Below are positions 24,840-35,300 of a stretch of DNA of 36,290 bases, one piece after another; position 1 is the first letter of the stretch; each line of letters begins with the position of its first letter. The position numbers and the translations under genes were made by a program. A model generated the notes under the pieces. The model worked only from the letters and a program-made list of their open reading frames with translations. It was not told where the DNA came from and did not search any database. Source of the stretch: a virus (lineage: Duplodnaviria; Caudoviricetes); IMG/VR virus record IMGVR_UViG_3300031836_000038, positions 1-36,290 of that record. The stretch is one strand, 5' to 3'.

Positions 24840-26404
24840 GCCTGCCGCGATTCAAAACCAAGACCATTTCCTTCCGTGGCGGCCTCAATCTTGAAGCCGA
24901 TCCGCTGATGATTGCCCCGGGCGCGTTGATCCTGTGCAAAAACTTTGAGTGCAAGGTGGGTGGCGGGTATCGGCGCATTGGTGGTTATGAGCGCTTCGAT
25001 GGGCGTATAGCCCCGTCCATGGCCGAAACCCCTGAATTGGCCCGGGAGGACATACTCGCTGTGCCAGGCTCAGGCCCGATTCTGGGCCTATGGCTGTATC
25101 AGGGCACGGTGTACGCCTTTCGCAATAATGAGGCGGCGACTGAGGCCAAGATGTACCAGTCCAGCGGCGGAGGCTGGCAGGAGGTTATTACCGGCGCCAC
25201 GCTTGAGCCAGGCGGGCGATTTGAGTTCAAGAATTACAACTTCAGCGGCACATCGTTTGCAGAGAAGATGTACGGCGTTGATGGCAAGAACGATTTTTTC
25301 TCCTTCGACGGTATGACTTTCGTTCAGATGCCAGTTGCAGGCTTCACCACCAAGCCCTACCGGATGACCATTCACAAGAACCGTGCGGCACTGGCTTTCC
25401 CTTTGGGGCAAATGGTGCTGTCTGGCGTGGGCGATCCTGCCGATTACGACACAGCCACCAGTTCGGCTGCACTGATTGCCACTGGCGGCGAGATTATAGG
25501 GCTGCAGACCACCGTAGGCGGCGCCTTGGCTGTATTCATGCGCAATCGGGTGTCGATTCTGTACGGCTCGACCACTGCCGAGTTCCAGTCCCAGGATCTG
25601 CGCAACCAATCTGAAAAATCCGGCGCCATTGCCGACACCATTCAGGAAGTGGGTGACACGATTTATCTGGACGACCGCGGTCTGACATCCCTGGCCCAGA
25701 CCGACAAGTTCGGCAACTTCCAGAGCGCCACGCTGGATGAGGCGGTGAAGAACTACCTTGGCTCACGCAAGACTCAGGTGATCGACTCCACCGTATCCCG
25801 AGGCAATAACCAATATCGCCTGCTGCTGGAAAGCCCAAGCGGCACCGAGGTCTTGACGCTCACACTCAGCAATCAGGGCATGGAGGGTTTTGGGCTCAGC
25901 AATTACCCCGTTCGATTCTCCTGCGCCATTTCTGAAGAAGACAGCGAGGGCTTTGAGCGCATTTTCGTGGGCTCGATTGACGGCATGGTGTACGAACTGG
26001 ACCGAGGCGACAGCTTTGACGGTTTGGACATTGAATCCTATCTGAAGATTCCCTTTCACCACTACGGCTCACCGGATTACCGCAAGCGCTTCCGTCGCGC
26101 CATTGCCGCCATTGAAACACCGGACGCCATTAACGCCCGAATCAAACCCGAATTTGACTATGGCAGTGGTGGTGCAGCCCCGCACACAGCCAGGTCGCAA
26201 GACGTTCTGGCCCGGGGCGGTCAGTGGGGGCTGGACGACTGGAACGAGTTTACCTGGTCATCCCCCGTCACAGGCAGAGCTCAGGCCGACATAGGCGGAA
26301 CTGGCGAAAACATGGCCTTATTGTTTTACCACAAAGGCCAATCCGCACCGTTCATCATCCATAACGTCACCATCCACTACATGAACCGGAGGCTCACCCG
26401 ATGA
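24836..26404 (+). CDS. tail nozzle / tail tubular protein B-like
   Basis: F.GGLNL, N.E....GGYRRI.GYERFDG, beta-propeller-like body, G.P..RKRF. Follows the adaptor gene. Confidence 0.75.
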   Translation: MSLPRFKTKTISFRGGLNLEADPLMIAPGALILCKNFECKVGGGYRRIGGYERFDGRIAPSMAETPELAREDILAVPGSGPILGLWLYQGTVYAFRNNEAATEAKMYQSSGGGWQEVITGATLEPGGRFEFKNYNFSGTSFAEKMYGVDGKNDFFSFDGMTFVQMPVAGFTTKPYRMTIHKNRAALAFPLGQMVLSGVGDPADYDTATSSAALIATGGEIIGLQTTVGGALAVFMRNRVSILYGSTTAEFQSQDLRNQSEKSGAIADTIQEVGDTIYLDDRGLTSLAQTDKFGNFQSATLDEAVKNYLGSRKTQVIDSTVSRGNNQYRLLLESPSGTEVLTLTLSNQGMEGFGLSNYPVRFSCAISEEDSEGFERIFVGSIDGMVYELDRGDSFDGLDIESYLKIPFHHYGSPDYRKRFRRAIAAIETPDAINARIKPEFDYGSGGAAPHTARSQDVLARGGQWGLDDWNEFTWSSPVTGRAQADIGGTGENMALLFYHKGQSAPFIIHNVTIHYMNRRLTR

Positions 26405-27837
26405 GCAATGATTTCTACAACTACAGCGAGATCCTGCTCCCGGGTCAGGTGGCGCGGGCAGAAGACGTGGCTGCCGAGCTGAACGGCGTAACGTCCGGTT
26501 TTAATCTTCTGCCAAAGCCGCGCCCAGACGGCACCGGGTTTGCCGAGCCGTTTGTTGTGGCTCAGGCTGTGGATGACAATCAGGCGGCTACCTTTGGTCA
26601 ACTGAAAACGCTAGAGACATCGGCGCAGGACGCCAGCGACAGCGCAGCGCTCAGCGAAACCACTGCGGCCGAAAGTCGGGACCAAGCTGTGACGGCAAAG
26701 AACGCCGCCGAAGGTCACGAAACGGCTGCAGGAGTCAGCGCAGCCAGCGCACTGGACAGCAAAAACAAGGCGCTCAAGTGGGCTGAAGAAAACGAAGACA
26801 TCGAAGTTGAGACTGGCCTATATTCGGCCCGGCACTGGGCGGCCAAAGCGGCTCAGATCACGTCGGGCGCGCGAGCGTATCAAGGGGCGTTTGACGCCTC
26901 TGGCGGCGCATACCCAATCGCATCACCCATCGCGACGGACGAGGGCAAGTATTGGTTGATCTCAGTGGCCGGCACTTTACCGGCTGGCGCCGTGAGTGCG
27001 GGCGATGAACTGGCGATAAGCGCCTCCCAAACCTACGAAATTATCCGACTGTCTGCGCTCTACGCCCAGAAAACAAACAACCTGTCCGACCTTGCCAGTG
27101 CTACCACGGCGCGCAGCAATCTGGGCTTGGGCTCGGTTGCTGTCGAGGCTGTGGGCACTGGCGCTAATCAGGTGCCAAAGCGGGATGGTAGCGGAAACAT
27201 CCCCGGAAACGTCACCGGTAGGGCGCTGACCGTCACCAGCGCAACCTCTACTGCCCAGGGATCGGTTCGCCTTGCAACTACAGCAGAAACCATCACAGGT
27301 ACAAGCGCTGAAACCGCTATCACGCCAGCTGCGTTAAGGGCGCTCCTGCCGCGAGGCATTATTCTGGACTGGTCAGGAAGTGCTGCCAGCGTGCCGGCTG
27401 GATGGGCGCTGTGCAATGGCACCAACGGCACCCCGGATATAAGCGACAAGTTCGTGATTGCTGCGGGCTCTACATACGCTGTTGGCGCAACAGGCGGTTC
27501 AGCCGATGCGGTTGCTGTGTCTCATAATCACTCAGCTAGCTCTGGGTTTGGTGGCACTCACGACCACACTGGAAGCACCAATACAACAGGAAGTCACGCG
27601 CACGGGTTTGATCTTGGGGATAACAACGACGATCACGCTTCCCTCGCATCAGCCTCTAACGGTGTCAATGTCGGCGTTGATGGCGCAACAAAATCTGCCG
27701 GAAACCACAACCACTCCCTCAGCATTGCCCCTGCCGGAAACCACAACCACGGAATAACCGTGGATGCGTCCGGCGTATCTGGCACCAATAGAAATCTGCC
27801 CCCCTACTACGCTCTCGCCAAGATCATGCGACTCTAG
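26401..27837 (+). CDS. tail fibre protein
   Basis: Ala-rich coiled coil, NNLSDL....AR.NLGLG, AT....G.VRLAT repeat, collar motif PRGII..WSG...P.GWALCNG.NGTPD..DKFV, five HxH pairs, NLPPYYAL..IM end. Confidence 0.9.
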   Translation: MSNDFYNYSEILLPGQVARAEDVAAELNGVTSGFNLLPKPRPDGTGFAEPFVVAQAVDDNQAATFGQLKTLETSAQDASDSAALSETTAAESRDQAVTAKNAAEGHETAAGVSAASALDSKNKALKWAEENEDIEVETGLYSARHWAAKAAQITSGARAYQGAFDASGGAYPIASPIATDEGKYWLISVAGTLPAGAVSAGDELAISASQTYEIIRLSALYAQKTNNLSDLASATTARSNLGLGSVAVEAVGTGANQVPKRDGSGNIPGNVTGRALTVTSATSTAQGSVRLATTAETITGTSAETAITPAALRALLPRGIILDWSGSAASVPAGWALCNGTNGTPDISDKFVIAAGSTYAVGATGGSADAVAVSHNHSASSGFGGTHDHTGSTNTTGSHAHGFDLGDNNDDHASLASASNGVNVGVDGATKSAGNHNHSLSIAPAGNHNHGITVDASGVSGTNRNLPPYYALAKIMRL

Positions 27838-27847
27838 GACCAATCTC

Positions 27848-28471
27848 ATGCGCCAAATCGTACCCGCTCAAAATCTGGTCTTTCTCAGTGATAATGACAG
27901 CTACACCGTCAGCTGTATCGACCTGGTGAACCGCAACATCGCCTACGTGGGCGAGGACAATAACGGCTTGTGGGTGGAATACACGCCGTTCACCGGTCGC
28001 GTCAGAGTGTTTGATAGCACCATCATCGACCTGCTGTTCTTTCGTGCCCGCGCTCAGAGGGATGCTCTACCCGGGCCAGCCACCGTCGAAGAAGTCCGAG
28101 CCAGCCGCGGTGCTGAAATCAACACAATCCGCGACACCAAAATCGCAGAGGGTATGCCTTACACCTTCCCCGATGGCGCCGGCACAATCCAGCTGCGCAA
28201 TCAGGCCGACATCAGTAACATTCTCGGCGTATCCGCCGTGGGTCAGTCGCTGATAATGACCGGTGACACCACGACCACCGTGAGCTTTCGCGACTCCGAG
28301 GACACCACTCACACGCTCACAGGCCAAGAGGTGGTGGTGATGGGCCTGGCTGTCTCTCAGTTCATTGGCAGTCAGTACGCCGCAGCCTGGGCTCACAAGG
28401 ACGCGCTGGCCGAGATCTTTTCTGTGCCTGACATTAACGCCTACGACATTAACGCGGGCTGGCCGACTTAA
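27848..28471 (+). CDS. DUF4376-like tail fibre assembly protein
   Basis: Start MRQIVPA at 27848. EIN..RD..I..G......IQ.R...D..N, FRD..D..H.LT..E....G, I..GWP. Confidence 0.75.
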   Translation: MRQIVPAQNLVFLSDNDSYTVSCIDLVNRNIAYVGEDNNGLWVEYTPFTGRVRVFDSTIIDLLFFRARAQRDALPGPATVEEVRASRGAEINTIRDTKIAEGMPYTFPDGAGTIQLRNQADISNILGVSAVGQSLIMTGDTTTTVSFRDSEDTTHTLTGQEVVVMGLAVSQFIGSQYAAAWAHKDALAEIFSVPDINAYDINAGWPT

Positions 28472-28489
28472 TCACATACCGGAGTAGCT

Positions 28490-29302
28490 ATGGCAACGAC
28501 CAACGCAATCAAGCCCGTCACCCAGGAAGCCCAGTCCAGCACGTATGAGGCTGCACAGGGCGACTCCAGCAATTACCAGCCGACCACCAGCCAGGTCAGC
28601 AACGACGCCACCGTACAAGGCCGTCTTGAGGGGCTGCTCAGCCAGGGCTCCAAGTACATGAAGGTCGCGGAAAGCAAGGCGAACGAGCTGTCCAACAAGC
28701 GCGGAATTCTTAACAGCTCAATGGCAGTGGGGGCTGCTCAGAAGGCCAACATCGAATCGGCCTTGCCCATTGCTCAGCAGGACGCAGGTGCGTTTGATCT
28801 GCGCGAACGGGGCAATCAGGCGGCACAGAATCAGGCCGGGCAGTTCAACGCCGGCCAAGATCAGCAGATGACCCAGACGAACATGGCCAGCGATAACGCG
28901 GCCGGCCAGTTCAATTCGGGGCAGGATCAGCAGAACAGCCAGTTCAACGCGACCCAGCAGAACAGCATGGCGCAGGAACAATGGTCGCAAGAGTCGTCCA
29001 TGGCGCACGACGCCACCATGGCCAGCCTCAACAGCTCGCTGGAAAGCGGCATTATTGACCAGAAGGCGTTTGCCAATCTGCGGGGCCAGTTCCTTGACTC
29101 CATGACCGGCCTGGCCAGCGAAAGCCAAATCAACATCTCTGAAATTCAGGCGAACGCCAACATCCCCGCCACCGAAAAAACCAAGCTGATCGAAAACCAG
29201 ATCAAAATGCGCGATGCCGATATGAAAGCCATTAGCGAACTGTTCTCCAAGATGCCCATGTGGCAACAGAACTGGTCACAACCGCAAGGAGCCACACCAT
29301 GA
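28490..29302 (+). CDS. putative internal virion/ejection protein (Q/N-rich)
   Basis: TV..RL..LL...S.YM..A...A.....RG.LNSSMAVGA....A.PIAQQDA, with N.AGQFN.GQ repeats. GGAG RBS. Confidence 0.7.
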   Translation: MATTNAIKPVTQEAQSSTYEAAQGDSSNYQPTTSQVSNDATVQGRLEGLLSQGSKYMKVAESKANELSNKRGILNSSMAVGAAQKANIESALPIAQQDAGAFDLRERGNQAAQNQAGQFNAGQDQQMTQTNMASDNAAGQFNSGQDQQNSQFNATQQNSMAQEQWSQESSMAHDATMASLNSSLESGIIDQKAFANLRGQFLDSMTGLASESQINISEIQANANIPATEKTKLIENQIKMRDADMKAISELFSKMPMWQQNWSQPQGATP

Positions 29303-29595
29303 ATTGGTTGATGTCCGCAGGTAATGCGGTGGCCGGGTACGCCACCGATGCCTTTAGCTATGTGCAGAATAACGAATGGGCCGCCAACGCGGTGGCCGGT
29401 GCAGCCACGGCAGGTGCCGGCTATCTCATGCAGAAGGATCAGCAGGATTACGACACCCGCCGCGAGGATAAGGCCTGGAATCGAAAAATGGATCTCACCA
29501 AGGCGCCTACGATTGACGGCGGTGCTTACGATTGGTCAAACCTGTCTGACGGTGGCCTTGTCGGCAGCGGCCTGATAACTCAAGCCAACCAGTAA
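29299..29595 (+). CDS. small putative ejection protein
   Basis: AAGGAG RBS and ATGA overlap start MNWLMSAG; Ala/Gly-rich helix. Confidence 0.65.
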   Translation: MNWLMSAGNAVAGYATDAFSYVQNNEWAANAVAGAATAGAGYLMQKDQQDYDTRREDKAWNRKMDLTKAPTIDGGAYDWSNLSDGGLVGSGLITQANQ

Positions 29596-29605
29596 GGGTT
29601 TCATT

Positions 29606-30577
29606 ATGGGAATGGCAGACAGCGATAACGCAGGCGGCTCAGGCAACACAGGCGGCGGGTCTTCCAGTGGAGGATCATCAGGCGGATCTTCAGGCGGAGG
29701 CGGCGGAGGTTTTGGGCGCGACACCCCAGGCTCCCCGAATGCTGCAGACGGTAAGCGCGGGTCCACCATGGGCGCCGATGGCGGTACAGCCACAGGCGGC
29801 GGCACAGGCCGCGGCCAAAACACGCCAGGCGCACCCCAGAACGACGGGCGGCGAGGCACGAACGCAGACGGAACCACGTCGGCATCCCGCGCCAGAGGGG
29901 CTATGAGCCGCCATGCTGCCGAACGAACCCAGCGAGAGGCTTCGACCGGCATTGCCGGCACCGAGGCCGATCTTGGCGAAGGTGAAGGTTACAGCCACCA
30001 GGACGCCATTGCAGAACGCGCCAAAACCGGCATGGTCAGTCCGCGTGAAGCGGAGATGGCCAGAGGGTATGCGGCAGGCAGGGAAGGTGCGGTAGCTCAG
30101 CAAGCCCTTGGCGGCGTAGTGGGTCAAGTAGCATCCGCTGCAACCAGAGCCCCTGGCGTCGGCGATATTGCCAGCGCTGGCATTGGCGCAATGGCTGGCT
30201 CTATGAACAGCACCCCCGAGGCCAGTTACGGCACTGCCGTTGGCCGCAATCGTGCATCCAATTCTACAGTCCAGTCCGCCGCGGAAATGGCGGCGGGCAT
30301 GACCCTAGGGCCAATTGGCGGTATTGGCGTCGGGATGATAAACGCCGGAATTAACGCCAACAAAACCCAGGACTTTGCTCGAATGTCAGAGGCGATGGGC
30401 TTTAACGCTGCTAGCACCCCACCCTCTCAGGGCGTATCGGATGGAAGCGCCCAGCCCGTCACCACCACCGCACAAAAAGCCCGGCAGGCATTCGCCCCAC
30501 AACAGTCGTTTGAATCACCGACGATCAACTTCAACGATTACGCAGGCGGCTATCTGTCCCTTGCACAAAGTATATGA
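29606..30577 (+). CDS. Gly/Ala-rich putative ejection protein
   Basis: GGSS-repeat N-terminus and glycine-zipper-like LGPIGGIGVG segment. Lies in the ejection cluster. Confidence 0.65.
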   Translation: MGMADSDNAGGSGNTGGGSSSGGSSGGSSGGGGGGFGRDTPGSPNAADGKRGSTMGADGGTATGGGTGRGQNTPGAPQNDGRRGTNADGTTSASRARGAMSRHAAERTQREASTGIAGTEADLGEGEGYSHQDAIAERAKTGMVSPREAEMARGYAAGREGAVAQQALGGVVGQVASAATRAPGVGDIASAGIGAMAGSMNSTPEASYGTAVGRNRASNSTVQSAAEMAAGMTLGPIGGIGVGMINAGINANKTQDFARMSEAMGFNAASTPPSQGVSDGSAQPVTTTAQKARQAFAPQQSFESPTINFNDYAGGYLSLAQSI

Positions 30578-31200
30578 GGCAACCCATGGCTGGTATGATT
30601 TCGCAAGCGCAACAAGCACCCCAGGAAGCGCCGCAACCGCAGCAGAATATGGCTCAAACTGAACCCAATGCAGCGCAAGAGGCTCCAACCAATCCAGAAG
30701 AGGCGTATAATATTGCGTCAGGGCAGATGCTTAATTTCCTGTACGACGATGCTGGAAAGGAAGCGCTGACCACCATGATTCAAAGCGCCAGCGACCCCAG
30801 TCAGGGCATGGCGCGACTCATGGCAAGATTGCTGGTGACGGTTGAACAGAGTGCGCGACTGGCCGGGCAGAAGTTGCCCCCTGAAGTCATATTCACAGCG
30901 GGCATGGAGTTGGCAGCGGCCATGAGTGAGCTTGCGCAATCGGAAGGTTTACTGGACAAGGCCGGCGAAAAGGAGGCGACAGAAGACGCTTTCTTTGAAG
31001 CCATATCCCTGTTCGCCAATGAGGCCGGGGAAGAGGCGCTGACCGAAGGCGACCGGCAAGCCTACGTCGCCATGATTGACCAGATTGAAGAAATGGCCGC
31101 AAGCCAGCAGGGCCAAGCTCAGCAAGGACAAGCGCCACAAGCCGCGCAGCAGCCACAGGAGCCGCAGCCGCAGCAACCACCACAAGAGGCCATCGCATGA
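30574..31200 (+). CDS. hypothetical virion protein (Q/P-rich ends)
   Basis: 208 aa (start may be the MAGMI ATG after GAGG). Helical core; coupled to both neighbours. Confidence 0.7.
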   Translation: MRQPMAGMISQAQQAPQEAPQPQQNMAQTEPNAAQEAPTNPEEAYNIASGQMLNFLYDDAGKEALTTMIQSASDPSQGMARLMARLLVTVEQSARLAGQKLPPEVIFTAGMELAAAMSELAQSEGLLDKAGEKEATEDAFFEAISLFANEAGEEALTEGDRQAYVAMIDQIEEMAASQQGQAQQGQAPQAAQQPQEPQPQQPPQEAIA

Positions 31201-32363
31201 GTGGATTCATTGCACAAGCGTTGTTAGGCGCCACTGGAGGCGCGGCCACTGGTATGGGCAACAAGCTGCGCGAAGAGGCCAAGCTAAAGCGCCAGCAGAC
31301 CCTGGATGACAGCCGCACCCAAAACGAATTGACCGTTCAGGCCAAGGGCAGTGAGCTGCGGAAAGGCGAGGATGCCGGTAGAAGCGCCTTGAATATCGGC
31401 GAGCAGAATTTGCAGAACGAATACGCGTCTGGCGAGAGCGTTAAAAACCGCGAGCATGAACTGGCCCTTGCTGATAAGCGGCATGGCCAAGATAAAGATA
31501 TGGCCGATTACCGGCTGACCACCGAGCTAACCCTGGCGCGAGAAAATGCCAAGGCCAGCGGCAAACTCAGCGACTGGCAGAACGCCAACCTTGACCGCAT
31601 CAACGGCAGCGTGGACAACCTGCAGAAGATGGAACGCGACCTGATGACCGGCAAGACCGATGGGATGGAGATTTCCCTTGGCCTTGAAGCCGAGGACAGC
31701 GGCAGCATGGACAACGGCGAGAAGTTGGCCGTCATCCGGCAGCGCCTGAAAGCCGAAGAAATCAAGTTCAACCGCGTACTGGGCAACCAGAAGGGCGTGG
31801 ATTCCGGCATGGCCGTTTTGTCCGAGGCTGCCAACATCACCGGGGGAGAGGCCAAGACCGAGTTCCTGACCGCCTTCCGTGCCTCCAACAGCTACAGCGA
31901 AGATCTGGAGCGCCAGGTGGATCAAGTGTGGGGCAGTAAAGACACCCCGTCACAGCAAGTCACTGCGCCCGGGTCAGCACCAAGCCCAGCACCACAGGAA
32001 ACCCCTGGCGGCGGCATCATTGCCCAAGCCAGAGCGACCGAGACACCTACTCCAGCGCCCGCGAAGCCCGCGATGCCGGATACCGTGGATATGTCGCCCA
32101 GCAACAACAGCGCGCAAACCCTGCAGCAGAAGATCATCGAGCGCAGCCGGCAGCAAGGACAGGAGAATCAGGCCGCCGACGTAAAGCGGGGCGTCACCGA
32201 GGTACAAAACTTCCTGGTGTCCGACCGTTCCATGAAGATGGACAAGAACGACCGTGCCGCCTTCCTGATAAATTACGGCGAATACTTCAAGTCCATGACC
32301 GATGACGCCAAGGCGCAACTTAAAGCCGTGTTTGGCGACGACGCAATCAACCGATACCTTTAA
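31197..32363 (+). CDS. putative ejection protein
   Basis: N-terminal ALLGATGGAATGMG followed by coiled coil; 388 aa. GAGG RBS. Confidence 0.7.
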   Translation: MSGFIAQALLGATGGAATGMGNKLREEAKLKRQQTLDDSRTQNELTVQAKGSELRKGEDAGRSALNIGEQNLQNEYASGESVKNREHELALADKRHGQDKDMADYRLTTELTLARENAKASGKLSDWQNANLDRINGSVDNLQKMERDLMTGKTDGMEISLGLEAEDSGSMDNGEKLAVIRQRLKAEEIKFNRVLGNQKGVDSGMAVLSEAANITGGEAKTEFLTAFRASNSYSEDLERQVDQVWGSKDTPSQQVTAPGSAPSPAPQETPGGGIIAQARATETPTPAPAKPAMPDTVDMSPSNNSAQTLQQKIIERSRQQGQENQAADVKRGVTEVQNFLVSDRSMKMDKNDRAAFLINYGEYFKSMTDDAKAQLKAVFGDDAINRYL

Positions 32364-32377
32364 GGGGCGCCCGGTCC

Positions 32378-35300
32378 ATGAGTAAGTATTCCGAGTTTTT
32401 TTCCGCACTGGATCAGCAGGCCGAGCAGCCGGACACCTATCTGGAGTTTGATGCCCCCAGCCCAAGAGTGGCCACATCAAAGCCACAACCTGAGCCGGAG
32501 AGCGCCGAGGCGCCGGGCATGATCTCAAACGCAATGCGTTATGCGGGCGAGCGCGGCATGGACTTGATCGGTAACGCGATTCAGTTTGCTGGACGGCTGG
32601 CCGATGGGGGTGAACAGAAGATCACCGGCGCATTGGGCGGAATAAACCCGGGTGTACGGGCCGGCAACGCTCAGGATATGCGCGATAAGGGCTACGATCC
32701 TGACTTTGAGGTTGGCGGGTATGGCGTTGATTTCACGGCCAGATTAAACCCGGAAGAAACCGACCTTGGCCTACAGGGCCTGGGTCAGTCAGCCGAAGAC
32801 GTGACGCTTGGGTACCAGCCCAACTACACCATAGACCGGGCAATCGACGAGCCCTCCATAGAAACCATCATTGGCGCGGCGGCGGAGAATGGCCCCGCTG
32901 CACTGGCTGATATGGCTGCCATGATTCTTAGTCTGCCCGCCTATCTTGGCTCCCGCACGCAGGAAATTGCAGAAGCCCGCGTAGAAAACAACTTTGGCAA
33001 CATCAGCAAAGCCTCCCCCGAGCTGCAGTCTGCGCTGGTTAAAAACTTCACCGAAGACCAACCCATCCCCGAGCATCTGCAGAAAGAGGCGGATCAACTT
33101 GCGCTGCCAGGGTGGGACGATTACAAAGTAGCTGGCCCAACAGCGGCGGCCTCGGTTTTGATTGACCGTATCGCGCTTGGCAAGTTGCTACCTGGCGGCA
33201 AGGGTGCCATTAAGAGTTGGCGGCAACTGCCCGGCGCTGCTGGTCGAGCCTTTGTAACGGAGTCGGGCACTGAGGCTGTCCAAGAAGGCGGCATTGAATA
33301 CGCCGGTGAATCCATCGGCACACAGAAGGGTTATAGCTCAAACGAAGCTGTACGCAGGGCTATTGGCGGCGCAATTGTGGGCGGGCCTACAGGTGCGGCA
33401 GTACGAGGGGCGACGGCTTCCGTTGAAGTGCGCCGGGATCAGGCCGCACAGAAAATAGCCGAAGATGCCTTACGCGCCAGAGAAGCCTCAGCAGCCGCAG
33501 GCGGTGACGCACTGGATGCCGCCAACGCGGCCAGTGAATCCATTGCCGGCAATCTGAAAAACCCGATTGTTCGTGATGAACCCATGAGCGACATTCGTGG
33601 TCTGATGGCTCAGGCCCAGCAGCAGGGCGATATGCTGACCAGTGGCGCCAACGATGCCGATATTGCCAACGCTGCCCCGGATCTTTGGGCGCCCAGCACC
33701 GCACCACGGCCTTACGACATTGGCCGGATGGGGCGTAACCTCGCCAATCCGCCTGTTGATGCCCCCGCCGAAGCGCTTTCAGAACGAATCACGGACGTTG
33801 CGCAGGGACCAGAAATCCCCGCCGCACCCGGGCCAGCACAATCGGAAGCAGGCCCGCAGGTCACCGAATCCGGCACTGGCGTGTTCCGTGTGCCCGTCGA
33901 TCAGATCAACGTTGATGCCGAGCAATACCAGTTCCGCAGTCGCGTGAATGAACAGGGCGTGGATAAGCGCCTGGATGGCGTGAAGAAGTGGGATGATGGA
34001 CGCGCCAACAACATACTGGTGCATCGTCGCGTAGACGGCTCACTGTACGTTGCTGATGGCCACCACCGCCTTGACCTGGCTAAACGCTTAGGACAGACCG
34101 CTGTAAACGCCAAGATCATTGATGAGGCCGACGGCGTTACTGTTGAGGACGCTCGCTTTGATGCCGCTATGAATAACATAGCCAACGACAAAGCCGATGC
34201 GCTGGACGTGGCCAAGGTATTCAGAAATTCCAAGTTACCCGTCAGCGAAGTGCGGAAGGCGCAAGACCTGCCCAACAATCAAGCAGCCCGCGACGGCGAA
34301 GCTCTGGCAAAGTTGTCGGATAATGCCTTTGGCATGGTGGCAGCCGGCCAACTTAGTGAAAAGGACGGCGCCGCAATAGGCTCTGCTTTTTCCGAGACAG
34401 GTCAGCAAGAAGCCGCGGCGTCTGCCTTTCAGAAGATTGAGCCGCAGACCGACTATCAGCGCCAGCTTTTAATCAGCGAAATTCGCGCTGCAGAGTTTGC
34501 GCAATCCCAGGGCGATCAGAGCGGCTTGTTTGGGGATGACGCGCAAGAAGTGTCGTTGATGCAGGATCGACTGAAAGTGCTGGAGAAGCTGCGCCAGCAA
34601 CTGAACATGGACAAGCGCCTATTCAAAAGCCTGAACGACAACGCCGATAGAGCGATTGTTGCTGGAAATAAAATAGCGGTTGAGGCTAATGCTACAATCA
34701 CAGAGCGCAGCGCAAAAAGCCTTGATCTAATCGGGCGCGTAACCACGACCCCAGCGCTGAATGAGATGGTGAATCGTGCCGCTCGCCGCGTATTTGACGG
34801 CGGCCCTATCGCCACCGTTGCTAAAGAATTAAAACAGGAGTTGGCCAACTATGAATCGGGAACAACTACAGGCGTCGGCAGACCGAAGACAGCAGCACCA
34901 AGCGGCAGACCGACTGCTCAGCCAGGGAAAAACGCTGGATCAGATAAACCAGTATCTGGCCAAGACACCGCTGAAGCAGGTCAAAGCGGACAACCTGAAA
35001 TCGGACGGCCAGAAGCAGCCCCCGACCTCGACCTAACCGCCCAAACCGAAGCCGAACTGGCCAAGCAAGCTGCAGACCGCGATGCTGCCGAGAAGGCCGC
35101 CACCAAGGCCAAGCGTGACGCCGAGCAGAAAGACAAGGCCGATGCCCAAGCGGATGATTTCGTACTGTCTGGCAGCGACCGGCAGGCCGATGTAGCCGAG
35201 GCGCGTGGGCAGGGGAGTTTGCTGGATCAGCCCGAATCAACCACCCGTCAAGCACCAAAAGCCGCTGATGCCAAGCCTTCCGAGCAGGCAGATAGTGAGG

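Noticed and set aside
26401-28471. Diversity-generating retroelement or invertible tail cassette
   Set aside because: No reverse transcriptase, template repeat, invertase or inverted fibre copy is visible in the window.
29620-29720. GGC/TCA-rich repeats as a DNA-level array
   Set aside because: Explained by Gly-Ser codons of the encoded protein. No spacer structure.
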